Shown in pieces: positions 25,343 to 38,554 of a stretch of 64,000 bases of DNA; within the stretch, counting starts at the first letter, position 1; each line of letters starts with the position of its first letter. A model generated the notes under the pieces. It made no database searches. It saw only the letters and a list, made by a program, of their open reading frames with translations, and was not told the origin of the DNA. Source of the DNA: Microbotryum violaceum (lineage: Eukaryota); NCBI GenBank assembly GCA_001244265.2, contig CDLV01000012.1, forward strand, positions 1,302,001-1,366,000, read 5' to 3'. The position numbers were made by a program, and so were the translations under genes.

Positions 25343-26710
25343 GGTCGCGAGCACTCTGAGCAAGTGTCGCGAAGTGGTAATGTGCCTTGTGTGTTGTAGT
25401 CGGGCATCAAGCCGGTCGGTCGGGTTGATTTGCCTCGCCTCACCTCTCGCTCGGGCTCAACTGCCGCTGTTCAACTTGCCTTTCTTTCGGTAAGCTCGGC
25501 CAATAACGACTAGGACGATCAGTGGCAGCCACAAAAGCCGAGTCCGAGTCGAGAAGTCGAGAAGTCGAGAAGCTCTGGTCGGTGGTGAGACTGAACCCCG
25601 ATGTACCAGCTCACACTACGAAGATCAAACTAGTCAGAAATTTTCAACGGCTTCGCTCGTGTTCCTTCGCGCAACAGAAGAGTCCGAGGAATACCAATCA
25701 CTGCACTGAGCTGTGCGGCAAAGTGGGGCGGCGCGCGTCGAAGCGATCAAAGGGAGGTGCCCCGCGCGAACGGCAGTGTGGGGAGGACGTGAACAATCTA
25801 CGTATATAGTATTCACACGTTTGATATGGCTCCGAACGAGACGGAATGGAAGCACCACTTATTTGCAGAAAATCCAGGAGCGACCAGATTCATCGACCGG
25901 CTGATTGCCAGCGCGTTGCCAGGCGATCCCGGCCAGCGCCAACTCGAAGCTTTTCGCGGGGTCGAATCGGCCCAGGCTTCTGACAGTACGATTCCATCTC
26001 TCACCTGTATGACGAATGACAAATGGGATAAGTTGAGTTTTAGATACCTTGCGTTACTGTATGGACAGCATGCTGCTTCTGTTTAGCAGCATCACTTGGT
26101 CGAAAACTTCTCGCTTTTCCGCTTCGCCAACTTCAAGGTCGTTATGTGCATGATGGGGCTCATGTTCGAAGCACAAAATTTGTTTTCTCGGCTGTCCACC
26201 CCCGAGGTCGGTTTTATCTCACTTGTGGGCAGTGGTTTTCCGGACTGAGTTGCCGCGTCGGAGGCCGAGCTGGAGAAACCTTTCAAAACGGGGCCGTGAT
26301 GGCCGTGGGTAGTTTTTGTTGAGACCAGTCGGGGATTATCTGATCTTATTCTATAGGCTTTGTTTGGCTTGCCTCTTTTGTACTACCACGATGCTCGCAA
26401 CGAGCTAGGAAAAGCTTTCGCTGTTTCCGCGACGAGGGCCAGCCTTGCCTGAGAGCTAAAGCGGTCCCAGCTCAAATTCTGATTTCGCGCGAGAGATCTC
26501 AAGTCCCCGTTGACTTGGGGCTTTGACTCTTTGCACTTGTCTTTCTCTTCCACACTTGGCGCCTCCGTCCACCCCCAGCGGCGTTTGACACTACAGAACC
26601 TACCTCGTCAAAGAGAACGAGATACACACATCCCCGTGAACTCGCCTTATTCCGCTTCGGCTCCCTTCGGCTGAGTCAAAAAGCGGGAGCACTCGCCTCA
26701 CTCCGACAGG

Positions 26711-29700
26711 ATGGTCGCCACCAACCCGGACGCCGCCTTCCCTTCCCACAACCTCACCTCCAACTTTAGCTTTCCTCAAGAGGAAGAGAAGGTGCGCGTT
26801 ACACCCCAGGTTGAGCATCGAGTTGAGGGAAAGGGCAGGACAACGCGGTCGCCTTCCGGTCCTTTTCCCACCCAACTCGTTCCCTCACCGTCCCCCAATT
26901 GCTCGATGACTCATCCGGTTATTTCTCTGCCCAAACCCCGCAGGTCCTGAGCTTCTGGAAGGAGATTGATGCGTTCCAAGAATCAGTCAAGCAGTCGATC
27001 GGCAAGCCGCAGTACTCGTTCTACGATGGTCCGCCTTTTGCGACTGGATTGCCTCATCATGGCCACATCCTCATGGGCACAGTCAAGGTGAGCAGATGGG
27101 TGTAGTCACCACGCAAACGATGAAGCATACCCGAACACTGATTTTCGGGGTACCGCGTGTCGATCCCAGGACATTGTGACGCGTTACGCCCACTCGAACG
27201 GGTTCTACGTCGAAAGGAGGTTCGGCTGGGACACGCACGGCCTGCCCGTCGAACACGAGATTGACAAAAAGCTCGGCATCACCTCCAAAGCCGACGTGAT
27301 GAAGATGGGCATCGACAAGTACAACGCCGAATGCCGCTCGATCGTGATGCGGTATTCGTCCGAATGGCGCCGCACCGTCGAGCGGTTGGGCCGGTGGATC
27401 GACTTTGACAACGATTACAAGACGCTCAACACGAGCTTCATGGAGAGCGTGTGGTGGGTCTTTGGCCAGTTGTGGAACAAGGATCTCGTCTATCGCGGGC
27501 TGAAGGTCATGCCCTACACGACCGGGTGCACGACCCCCATGTCCAATTTTGAGGCCGGTCTGGCTTACAAGGACGTGCAGGATCCGGCGGGTGAGTGCAC
27601 GAAGCGAAGATCCTCTTTCAACGAACGTTCAAATGGCCTGACTCGAGTCCCTTGGCAACAGTCACCGTTTCGTTCCCTTTGCTCTCGGACCCTTCCGTCT
27701 CGTTGCTCGCGTGGACGACGACTCCGTGGACGCTGCCGACCAACTTGGCGCTGTGCGTTCACCCCGACTTGACGTACATCAAGATCCACGACGTCGAACG
27801 CGAGGCCAAGTTCATTCTCTGCGACGAGCTGCTCTCGACCTTGTACAAGGACCCCGCCAAGGCCAAGAAGGAGAAGAAGTACACCCTTCTGGAAAGCTAC
27901 AAGGGGCGCGACCTCGTCGGGCTCAAGTACGAGCCCTTGTTCTCATATTTTTACGACAAGTACAAGGATCAAGCGTTCAAGGTCATTGCCGACACGTACG
28001 TCACCTCGACCTCGGGTACGGGTATTGTCCACCAGGCGCCCGCGTTCGGTGAGGACGATCACCGCATCGCCATCCGCGACGGCATCGTGCGCAAGGAGGA
28101 GATGCCCCCCTGCCCCATCGACGAAGCCGGCATCTACACCGACGAGGTCCCCGACTTTCAGGGTCAGTACGTCAAGGACGCCGACAAAAACATCATCAAG
28201 TACCTGAAAGGGACGGGCCGGTTGATTCTTTCAGCGACGCTGCAGCACTCGTATCCATTCTGCTGGCGCTCGGGCACCCCGTTAATCTACCGCGCGATTC
28301 CCGTGTGGTTCGTGCGCGTGCAGGACTCGACGGACAAGCTCGTCGCCAACAACAAGGAGACGCGCTGGGTCCCCGCCTCGGTCGGCGAGAACCGCTTCCA
28401 AAGCTGGCTCGAAAACGCGCGCGATTGGAACATCTCGCGCAACCGGTACTGGGGGACTCCGCTGCCGCTCTGGGCCAGTGAAGACTACGAGGAGATCGTG
28501 TGCGTCAGTTCGATCGAGGAGTTGAATGAGCTGTCCGGCTGCGGCATCCTCGCCGACCTGCACCGCGACAAGATTGACGACATCCAGATTCCTTCCAAAA
28601 AGGGCAAGGGGATGTTGAAACGCGTCGAAGAGGTCTTTGACTGTTGGTTCGAGTCCGGTTCGATGCCGTACGCGCAGGTCCACTACCCGTTCGAGAACAA
28701 GGAAAAGTTTGAGGCCTCGTTCCCCGCCGATTTCATCTCCGAGGCCATGGATCAGACCCGCGGTTGGTTCTACACCTTGCTCGTGCTCTCGACGCACCTC
28801 TTTGGCACGGCCCCGTGGAAAAACCTGATCGTGTGCGGCCACGTCCTCGCCGCCGATGGTAAAAAGATGTCCAAGTCGTTGAAGAACTACCCCGACCCCA
28901 ACCTCATCGTCGACACATACGGCGCCGACGCCCTGCGCCTCTTTTTGATCAACTCGCCCGTCGTTCGAGGGGACTCGTTGCGGTTCAAGGAGGAGGGCGT
29001 CAAGGACGTCGTCTCGCACGTCCTGCTGCCTTTGCTCAATTCGTACCGCTTCTTCCTTGGCCAGGCCGCGTTGCTCAAGAAAGAGCAGAACGTCGATTTT
29101 GAGTACGACCCCCACGCAAAGCAGTCGAGCAACGTCATGGACCGGTGGATCCTCGCGCGATGCCAGTCGTTGATTCAGCTTGTCAAGACCGAGATGGAGG
29201 CGTACCGGTTGTACACCGTCGTCGCGCAGATGCTGAGCTTGATTGACGACCTCACCAACTGGTACATCCGCTTCAACCGACGTCGCCTCAAGGGTGAGAA
29301 CGGTCTCGAGGACACGCAGAGCGCGCTGCAAACCCTGTTCGAGACCCTGTTTACGCTCGTGCGCACCCTGTCCGCTTTCACGCCCTTTTTGACCGAGAAC
29401 ATCTACCAGGGTCTCAAGGGATTCTTCCCCCAGGACCAGGCCAAACTTGGCTTGGGCGCCGACATTCGTTCGCTGCACTTCCTGCCCTTTCCCGAGGTCA
29501 AGCAAGAGTACTTTGACCCGACGATTGAGCGGCAGGTCTCGCGCCTGCAGGCCGTCATCGATCTCGGTCGCACGGTGCGCGAACGCGGTCGTTCGCTCCC
29601 CGGCCAGTTCACGACCATCAAGGAAGGCAAGGACAAGGGCAAGCAGATCCCCGCGCGCGAATCGGTGCCCATCAAGTTCCCCTTGAACGAGCTCGTCATC

Positions 29701-30381
29701 TTCCACCCCGACGCCGAGTACCTCGCTGACGTCAAGTCGCTATTGCCGTACGTCGAACAAGAGTTGAACGTGCGCAACGTCGTATTTTCGAGTTCCGAAC
29801 AGGACTGCGGCATCAAGTACGCCGCGACGGCCGAATGGGCGACGCTCGGCAAAAAGCTGCGGAAGGACATGGCCAAGGTCAAGAACGGTTTGCCCAAGGT
29901 TTCGTCCGAGGCGGTCAAAAAGTACCTCGAGACGGGCAAGCTCGATGTGGAAGGCATCGAGCTCGTTGAAGGCGACCTCGTCGCGCAACGCTTCGTCGAC
30001 GTCGAAGCGCTCCCCAAGGACAACGACAAGGAGTACGGCCACGACAGCAACAGCGACGTCGTCGTCCTGCTCGACGTCACGCGTCGCCCCGAGTTGGAAC
30101 AAGAGGGCTTGGCCAGGGAGGTCGTCAATCGCGTGCAGAGGTTGAGGAAAAAGGCCGGACTCGTCGCGACGGACGACATTGACGTGTTTTATTCGTTCGC
30201 CCAGGGCGTCGGCGACGAGCTTAAGGCCATCATTCACGGCAGCGAGGATCTGATGAAGCGGGTGTTGAAGTGTTGCCCGCGGCCTTGGGATACGCAGCAT
30301 GGCCAAGGGCGGGAAGTCGTCATTGAGGAGGAACAGGAGGTCGGTGATGAGAAGGTTACGCTCACGTTGGTTAGGGCATAG
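26711..30381 (+). CDS. ILS1: Cytosolic isoleucyl-tRNA synthetase (three 5' introns)
   Basis: [66 protein letters not shown]. Confidence 0.97.
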
Positions 30382-30601
30382 GATATATAGTCCCGTTTCT
30401 TTGTTTGTTTATGCCAATTAGGAAATTTAGGTTCCTTCATCTTTGCCTTGTGCCAAGTTGAAATGTTGCTTTCTCGCGGGACGAGGTCGGAGCGACACAC
30501 GTTCGACACCTCGACAGTCGCTCGACACGCGTCGTCGATTTCTGGGCGCCGAGTCTCGTGTCGGTCCGACTTTCGCACCCCATCCCTACCGACTGACGAC
30601 C

Positions 30602-31707
30602 ATGACTCCCCACACTGAGACTTCGTTGAAGGCATTGACTGTGCCCAAGCTCAAGGTATGTTTACAGTATGTCCCCTTACACGTGGCCTGACCCCACACC
30701 AGCCCCACCGCCGGTCCTGCTCGACGCGGTCGCCTGCTCCCTACGACACAAGGCTGACTTGCATTTTGTTTGCATTCAGGACCTCTTGACGGCTGCATCG
30801 TTATCGACGGTCGGCAAGAAGGACGAGTTGATCGCGAGATTGTTGGAAGCCAAAGTCGAGAACGGATCGTCTGCCTCCGCTGAGCCAGAAGCCGCTGCGA
30901 CTTCAACTACGACGACGAAGGTTGAACCTACCGCTTTGACTGAGGATGCCGTAGCAAGCTCGACTGAAGCACCTTCAACCGATGCCGCATCCGTCACCCC
31001 CGCCGCTCCTGCCCCGGCTGCGACCCCGGCGGTCCCTGAACCGACAGCAGAAGAGAAAGCCGAACGTCTCCGTCTCGAACAAGAGAAACGGGCCGCTCGA
31101 GCAGCTCGATTCGGTGTCGTAGGTAACGGTGCGACGGCAGCTGCCGCGGTCGACGAAATGGCCAAGGCCAAGGAGGAGAGGGCAAAGAGGTTTGGGCTGC
31201 CGCAGGAGGGGGAAAAGGAGAAGCAGGACCAGTTGGACAAGGTCAGTGGTAGGATATAACTTGTTTCGTGTTCCTTTGACATGCTGACTTGAGGTTGGTT
31301 CATCACGTCAGTCCCTGTCTGCGCTGGATCGACCCCTCGGCGAGAAGAGGGCACGTGAACCGAAAGCGCCGAAACCCGCTACTGGTGCACCCAACTCGGC
31401 CGCAGCTGCACCCGCAAAAGCCGCAGCCCCTGCGGAGAAGGAGAAGGAGATTGATCCCGAGCTGGCGGCCAAGTGAGTTTGAATTTATTCAATAGAATCG
31501 GAGCCCGTGCTGATCGAGTGTGGCCGTGGTCCGTTCCTCGACCTCAGGATTGCCCAAGAAGAGGAGCGAAAGAGAAAGCGTGCCGAACGATTCGGAGCAC
31601 CTGCACCGGTGCGTTACCTATTGCAGCTGGTGCTAGCTTCCTGAACTGACTCAAGATGGAGAATGACCCCGGCACAGGTCGAGAAGAAGGCCAAGACAGC
31701 CGCTTGA
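30602..31707 (+). CDS. THO1: SAP-domain ribonucleoprotein (THO1/SARNP-like), multi-exon
   Basis: SAP domain LKALTVPKLK|DLL...GKKDELIARLLE and repeated RAARFG / RAKRFG / RAERFG motifs. Confidence 0.85.
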
Positions 31708-34250
31708 GCGGCAGCAAAACCGTCCTCTTGGGACCGGCCGGAAACAACCTCTCCCCCCACAAATCATTGTAGCTGCGGGAATGTGACAGTCGGTTCGATG
31801 TAAAAAGAAGAACTTTCCGTTGAATACGACGACGGGTCAGGATACATACCGTTTTCTCAGAAAAGAGAGCGAGAGGCGAGCAACGCGCAAAATGGAGCGC
31901 CGACGACTGATATGCTGTAACCCTCTCAGCTGTCGGAGTTCAATTATATGCACGTGTTGTTGGCTTTGCCAAGTATCTGTCTCTCGTCTTGCTGGTCATC
32001 CCACGAACCGGGAGCCCGGCGCTGACACGTCGGCGTTTTCGATCGACCAGGGAGAACGAGCCTATACAGCATCGCTATCCCTACTAATTCGCATATGTGG
32101 TGGCGATTTTACGTGCATTTCTTCATTTTGAGTACGAGTGAGGTCTACTAACATCTCTGAGTGATCACCACTTCCAGAGAAGACAAAATCCAGCGGCAAG
32201 TCCGGCTCGGTGCGGTCGTTGCAGTGATTTCGCTTCGCTTCGCTGTGCGGTTTTCCGCAGCTGGGTGTCATATTCGCACCAAGTTTTGTATGGGAGGGCA
32301 GTTCACCGTGATGACGTTAAGGGAGGAAAAATCGCGCTTATCGGCGAGGAGAAGCATGACTGCGCCCTATAAGCGCCTAGCTTCGAGTTGTTAGGAGCGA
32401 CCGATGAACGGCGGCCCCGGGGGCTGCCAAGGCTCCGAGGGAGAGGGAGGAGTGGGTTGTGTCGGCCTCACAGGGAGAGATGGTTGTACATACAATTGCC
32501 CTCGATAATCTTCAAAGTTCAAAGCTTCCCTCGACGAAGCACCGGGGCGAGCCAAACTACCAACGCACACACTGACCCGCGAACGATCAGGCTAGAACTC
32601 GCGACACAGAACTTCGTGACTGTTCTGCGCTCATTCGGGGTGCAGCCGTGGGAAACCGCCGTTTGGACCGCCTGGGAAGCAATGAAACTACCGACCCACC
32701 CGCAACTATTCTTAGAGGTTCTTGCACGTGCACGTTGGTGATGTTGCCGGGCAATGCCGGCGAGGATCTGTGCATCTGTGTCTGCACCATGCCTCCTCGA
32801 GTCAAAGCTGTGCGAGATTTCTAGGCGGGTGGTTAGCATGGGCCTAAGATATAAATACCGCGTTTCCTACCGACATGCTTGCCTCATCTGGTGTTGTAGC
32901 CAAGGCAGAACGGGGTTAAATTAAGTTGGCCCGGCGGCCGGGATCGAAAACGGCTGCACGTCACTGGTCATTCTTAGCTTTGCGTCCCCCTTCTTCCTTA
33001 TGATATTGCAACATATTCGCTTACGGTAACGGTAATACAGTGTCAACGGTGAGTTCAAGATGAGTCTGTAGTGGCGCCTCCTGGTGTCGACAGCCTCGGT
33101 TCTGTTTCATCATCTCGGACCCCACGCTTAGGGAGAAAGGGCCCGTGCGCGCGCGAACCTAAAAATCGGCACAGGCCGACGGGAACATCTCCGTGACGTC
33201 CGTGACGTCGCCGCAACCCTTGAGCGTCCACCCACTGCACCTCGTCTCGCTAGACAACCCTACGAGCACGGCACTACTTCTACCTCCTTCTCGTCGGTGT
33301 GACTCAGAACTCACGTTCTGAATGAAGACACTCCGGATTAGTCCGATCCTAAGTTGCCGATAGCCCCGACTGGCGCACCCCCGCACCAAGTTAAAGCTAA
33401 CGAACGCACTGCAACGGGGGCCAGCCTCGACGCTGAACTTTACATCGACATCAACCCTTCTCCTCGTCGTCGACTTCAACTTCGAATCCATCCTCCAGCG
33501 TGTTGTTCTCTACTATGCCCTCGACCTTTACTCCGAGCTCCACTACTGCAGTGCCTCAGCGAGTCGTGTCGACTCGGGGGAAATGTGATGTCCCAAGTTG
33601 CCTCTGGCTCCTCATGGGCCTCGTCGACCATGACTTCCCCCAAGGCAAGCAGAATCGCTCAGCGACGTCGATTTCAATCGAGACGGTGTAGACGCGCTGA
33701 CATACGCTACTTAGATGGATCTTATGTTCACCCTTTTCGCAGGCAAAATGAGTCCAGTTGCGATGTTAAGCACGTCGAGCCACCTCACGTTCGAGTGCGC
33801 AGCTCCACCGCAGCAAGGCTCCTCGGCACGAAGGTGAGAAGCGCGCTTGATCTACTTCGCTTGGATTCAGTCAGCGCTCGCATCAACTAGAACATCTTTA
33901 GCTTTAGAAATCTATCATGAATTGTAGCCAAAAGACGTTTCATCCGCTTCATCGATCCGAGCTATCACTCCGATTCCGTCCCTCGCTCCCGCGCCTCCTG
34001 TCACCCCGCTGTCCGACCCTGAACCCAAGCTCTCACACACGACCCCGCTGAATACGGCGACCTTCTTGAGCGGAGGCCAACACCGCACACGCCCAATCGA
34101 ACACGCCTCGACGCAAACAGACCGGCCGCCGGAAAAGGAAAGAATATCACCCACCCAAGGTCACAGGTGCGTTCTCGAACGGACGATGAGCGTCGAAATT
34201 AAAAGGTAGCCCAAGAAGAAAAACACGACTCAAGCCGCTTGTTTAGGTGC

Positions 34251-34476
34251 CACGAGTATCAGGTATGCCGTCGTGTTCATGACTCCGAAGCCAAGCCGGT
34301 AGTCCGCGGTTGGGGTTTTTCCGTAAACCGACTTGATATTGTACAGGAGCTGAAGGATTTTGTCATGAAAAAGCGGCGAGCGTGACGATATCAAGTCGAT
34401 TTACGGAGAAACACCAACCGCGGACTATCGGCTTGGCTTCGGAGTCATGAACACGACGGCATACCTGATACTCGTG
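34251..34476. repeat. Long foldback (92-bp arms, 42-bp loop), MITE-like
   Basis: 34251-34342 is the reverse complement of 34385-34476 with 5 mismatches by eye. No TSD found. Confidence 0.9.
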
Positions 34477-34529
34477 AACCCACGAAGGTGTTCACGTGGT
34501 TCAGTTGACTGACTGCTGGGGCAGCAATT

Positions 34530-35948
34530 CGCATCTCTGGCCAACATCACCCTCGGCCTTCACCTTCCCTCCGTTGGGTTTTCAAGGGTCTTTTCTCACG
34601 AGTACACCCCTAATCGTGGCCTAGCCGAGCAGGCCGTGAGGATCTTCGTCTTCGGCCAGGATAGTCAAGATGGTTTCAAGCTCCAAATTTCCGAAGACGT
34701 TACCGAGCCTGGTCGGTCCGCACGCGAGCCGCGACTGTGTTCTCGGCCGGACGCATCAACGTTGTTGAGCGCTTGTATCCTCAACTCTCCCTTACCGACG
34801 CGTCGCCACTTTGTCCAATGTGGATCCTTTGAAAGTTGCTCCCACCCGAGTAATCAGGAAACGACATTGCTCTGTACGTTGCAAGCCGACAATTTGATGC
34901 AACTGGTGTCTGCCCACGAACATTCCACGCAAGGTCAGACGTTGCTTCCGTGACCGCTCTGGTTCTGTGCCACAAAGACCGTCGGTACCGCAGTTTGATC
35001 GACAAAGATCACGCGCCGACGATACAACACCTCGTTCACGCAATCGGAGAAAGCGAACACAGTTTGCGTCAGGCGACTAAAAGCGGTAACGAGGTGTCGA
35101 CGCAAGTTGTATTTGCCTTCTCCGATGGCGGTAACGAGGTGTCCTATCGTCAGCGGGTGCTCTTTTTCGATCAGACTGCGGCACCCACGGCCATCGTGTA
35201 CGGAACCAGAACGGTCACAAAAGCGAGGTCCGTGCGTGGAATGTTCGTGGGTAGAGAGGCGCTGCGATCATTTGCATCTAGTTGATGATCTTCAACGTGA
35301 AGAGCATACGCGATCCAGAATGTGTGAAGGGAGGGTCGCAGCTTTCTGAGATAGTCCGATACTGGTCACGGTGACGGCAGCCTCTCGGACGAAGTTCCCA
35401 GTCATTCGGGTGCGAGCGACTTCCAAAGGATTCACATGTGAGGAAGAGGCGACATGTCGGTGAGGGAGAGTCGAGGACACAAGCTCTCAACAACGTTGCT
35501 ACCTCCGGCCGAGAACACACCTGTCGCAAATACTGCGCGGAAGTTGCGGCTCGCGTGCAGACCGACCTTGGTAACGTACTTTTAGCACATCTGAGGCCCG
35601 AGGCACGAGGTACGTAAGTACGAGAGCCGAAGATGGTAGTAAAGATAGTTGGAGAAGAGAGAGAAGAGCCAAGTGCGCGCGCACTAGGGAGGCTAGAGGC
35701 GCGCGGCTAATATCAACAACTAGATACTAATCTATTCTAAGTGGGAGGAAACAGTAATACCCTTTTGACACGTACAACGTCTTTGGAGAGTTGGAGTTTG
35801 AAAACAGCTTGAGTATCTGGACCGAGTGCGGAGACCCTCCGGGTCTGCTCGACTAGGCCACGGTTGGGGATGTTGTTCGTGAGAAAAGAACCGTGAAAAC
35901 CCAACGGAGGGAAGGTGAAGGCCGAGGATGATGTTGGCCAGAGATGCG
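34530..35948. repeat. Two diverged copies of one repeat in inverted orientation (34530-~34860 and ~35390-35948)
   Basis: cgcatctctggccaacatca-cctcggccttcaccttccctccgttgggttttca occurs at 34530 and reverse-complemented ending at 35948. Similarity continues for ~330 bp, and the second copy is interrupted by a solo LTR. Confidence 0.85.
35580..35770. mobile_element. Solo LTR (191 bp) with 5-bp TSD CGTAC
   Basis: TSD at 35575-35579 and 35771-35775. Ends TTTTAG...TTGACA (one TG..CA end mutated). Absent from the paralogous repeat copy near 34700. Confidence 0.75.
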
Positions 35949-36541
35949 GATTAGTCGGACAACCCACCGTTACCCCAACAGTCTGTCAACTGGACAACTT
36001 GAACAAAAGGCGAGAAAGTTGAAGGAAGGAAATGGAAGAGAAAGCGCACGAGCAAGAGAATGGGCAGGAGAAGCAACGCGCGAAGTCAGGGAGGACCCGG
36101 GAAAGCTCAGCCCAACATGCGTCTCGAAAAATAGCGCTTTTAGGCGGATTAGTACATGGGATAAGGTGTCTGAGGGGTCGATTTGTACCTATTTTGAGTC
36201 TTAAATTGGAAGAATTCCGAGAATATGAGAAATTGGATGTTATGAAATTGCCCACGAATCGTTCTCCAACAGCCAGAAATATGTAAAATCGTTTCGACGA
36301 CCCCGTACTATCGTCGCGTCGACTCTGATGGCCGGCCGCTCGTCGGCTTCGGCTCTCTCGCAGTCTTCTCCTCTCTCTTCTCTTGTGCCTACTCTTCATA
36401 ACTATGGAATAGGAAGGGTGGTTGGGGCTCATGTGTGGTCATATCTTGGTGGTCCTGTGAATGTAAGGGCTGCATAAATCCAGTGGCTCTGACTTTGCAC
36501 AAGTCTAACCCCCTGTTCAAGAAACGTTGGTTTTGCGTAGG

Positions 36542-38554
36542 TATTGTAAAAATGTTCTCATGTGGTAACTGATGAAGACCACGACTCAGTCCAATGGAAC
36601 GGGACGAGAACAGAGTGAGTAGGATTCCAGAGAATGCATACCTGATGAAGACCACGACTCAGTCCAATGGAACGGGACGAGAACAGAGTGGCCAAAGGCT
36701 AAGGGACAAACTCCAGAAGGACTAGGAAGGGATGATAAGCGGAGATAATAAAGAGCTAATAGTGACTAAAAAAGGGTAAGACAAATGAGGTGCTGAAGGG
36801 ATTCATGAAGTCGCTAGAGGCTCAAGATGAAGTACCATAACAGGTACTATACGTAGACTGAAGGACGATGCAACCATATAATGACACTCCCCCGGTTGGA
36901 AGGTCCGAAGATGGAGTAAACGGTACATGGTCGAAGACTTTTGACGAGATCGGGTAAAGCCGAAAGCGACGGGACTTGTTCGGGTAAAAAGGGCCGAAGA
37001 CGGGTGGCGGTATGACGGACAATGACGCCATAAAACGGGATGGAGAACTGATCTGAAAGGGACCAGTATAACCAAATGCGGGGACGGAAGCCAACAAACC
37101 AGAGTACGCTGGTGGACTAGTTGGCACTACTTGGACTTGGAGCGAAGGGCTGGTGTACGAAGCCATCATGTTCGCAGACGGGGACGGTGATTGGCAAGAA
37201 TACCAATACGACTTGACGGTTGATCGGGCTGATGAAGAGACACCGATACGAAACTTGGACGGGTGATCGGCTTGAAGAAGACCGATACGACGAGGACTTG
37301 TGAGGATGAGGACTTGTGACGATTAAAGCGAGTGACAGAAAGCGCTGTTAACAAACATAGCTTTGGCTGCTTCCTCCTTGACTGCTTGCGCTTTCTTAAG
37401 GGAAGGGCAACCAGCCCACTTGGAACTATGCCCCATAACGTTGCAACTCTTGCAGTGAACCTTGGAGTGATCGTGACTTTGCGCGGACATAGCCAGCGCG
37501 GATTCAATCCCCCGTAAGCGTGGCGCTCGGCTCCATGAGTAGTAGAAGACGAGGCCATTTTGCGATCAACTTGAGCGTAGAGGACAGCAATGAACGAATC
37601 AATGTCTGTAGCGAGGGTGAGGTCGGTAGTAAGGCTACTTGCAATACTTTCCCATTCGGGCGGAAGCGAATGGACGAGTAGAGCGGCTTGCGCAAAACCA
37701 GGCAGTGGAACACCCATAGTGGAGATTTCCTCAACGGCGTTTAGGAAGTTGGAAACAAACGACTTGAAATTGGACGTGTTGGAACGCGTGAACGTGCTCC
37801 GGAAGATGACGGGGACGAGCTGGATGAAGCGAGCTTCAGCGCCTTTGGTGTGGTGAATCCGTAGGGCGGTCCACATCTCATGGGCTGAAACACAATTCTT
37901 GATAATCTTCATTTGAGAACCGGTAATTGTGTTGTTGATCAACTCAGCAGCTTTGTCATCCTTGGCTTCAAGATCAAGGGTGTAGATGTCGACGAGTCCT
38001 TGCTGAGCAGAGGTGAGCGCGCGAGGCGCGGCGGGTGAAATCTTTGCGCCTGCGGAGGTTGCTTGCGAAGTGGACGGGGTGACAAGGGCGGCCTCATAGA
38101 TCGCTAGCAGGGCAGGAATGCCCACAGTTGTGACATCCAAACATTTCTTGCGACGAAGATGGTTGCTGATCCAGACGGACCATTCTTCGTACGAGTTCGG
38201 ACTGTCGCTAAGGTGGATCCTAGAGATGAGGGCGGAAGACGAAGGCTCGAGAGCAGCTTGGTAGCTCGTTGGGCTCATAACCTATTGTAAAAATGTTCTC
38301 ATGTGGTAACTGATGAAGACCACGACTCAGTCCAATGGAACGGGACGAGAACAGAGTGGCCAAAGGCTAAGGGACAAACTCCAGAAGGACTAGGAAGGGA
38401 TGATAAGCGGAGATAATAAAGAGCTAATAGTGACTAAAAAAGGGTAAGACAAATGAGGTGCTGAAGGGATTCATGAAGTCGCTAGAGGCTCAAGATGAAG
38501 TACCATAACAGGTACTATACGTAGACTGAAGGACGATGCAACCATATAATGACA
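36542..38554 (-). mobile_element. Short non-autonomous Ty1/Copia LTR element encoding only gag
   Basis: LTRs 38283-38554 and 36542-36886 are near-identical apart from a 73-bp indel. PBS GGTTATGAGCCC overlaps the gag ATG. Purine tract GGGGGAG precedes the 3' LTR. No pol. Confidence 0.92.
37166..38278 (-). pseudogene. gag: Copia gag (UBN2-like), frameshifted before the zinc knuckle
   Basis: NSYEEWS...DDKAAELINNTI...AHEMWTALRIHH...LLVHSLPPEWESIASSL. The motif CKSCNVMGHSSKWAGC lies in a shifted frame. Confidence 0.85.

Noticed and set aside
32389-32875. Possible solo LTR (TGTTAGG...CCGACA)
   Set aside because: Flanks CGAGT and TGCTT do not form a TSD, and there is no second copy in the window.
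32925-32960. tRNA T-arm-like TTCGATCCCGGC on the minus strand
   Set aside because: No acceptor, D or anticodon arms.
33515-33890. Possible small spliced gene (GC-AG intron with CTGAC branch site)
   Set aside because: Product is short and unrecognisable, so it cannot be supported without RNA data.
36569-36612. CTGATGA...GTCC/GGAC resembling a hammerhead ribozyme in the LTR
   Set aside because: No GAAA core, wrong spacing, and antisense to the element.
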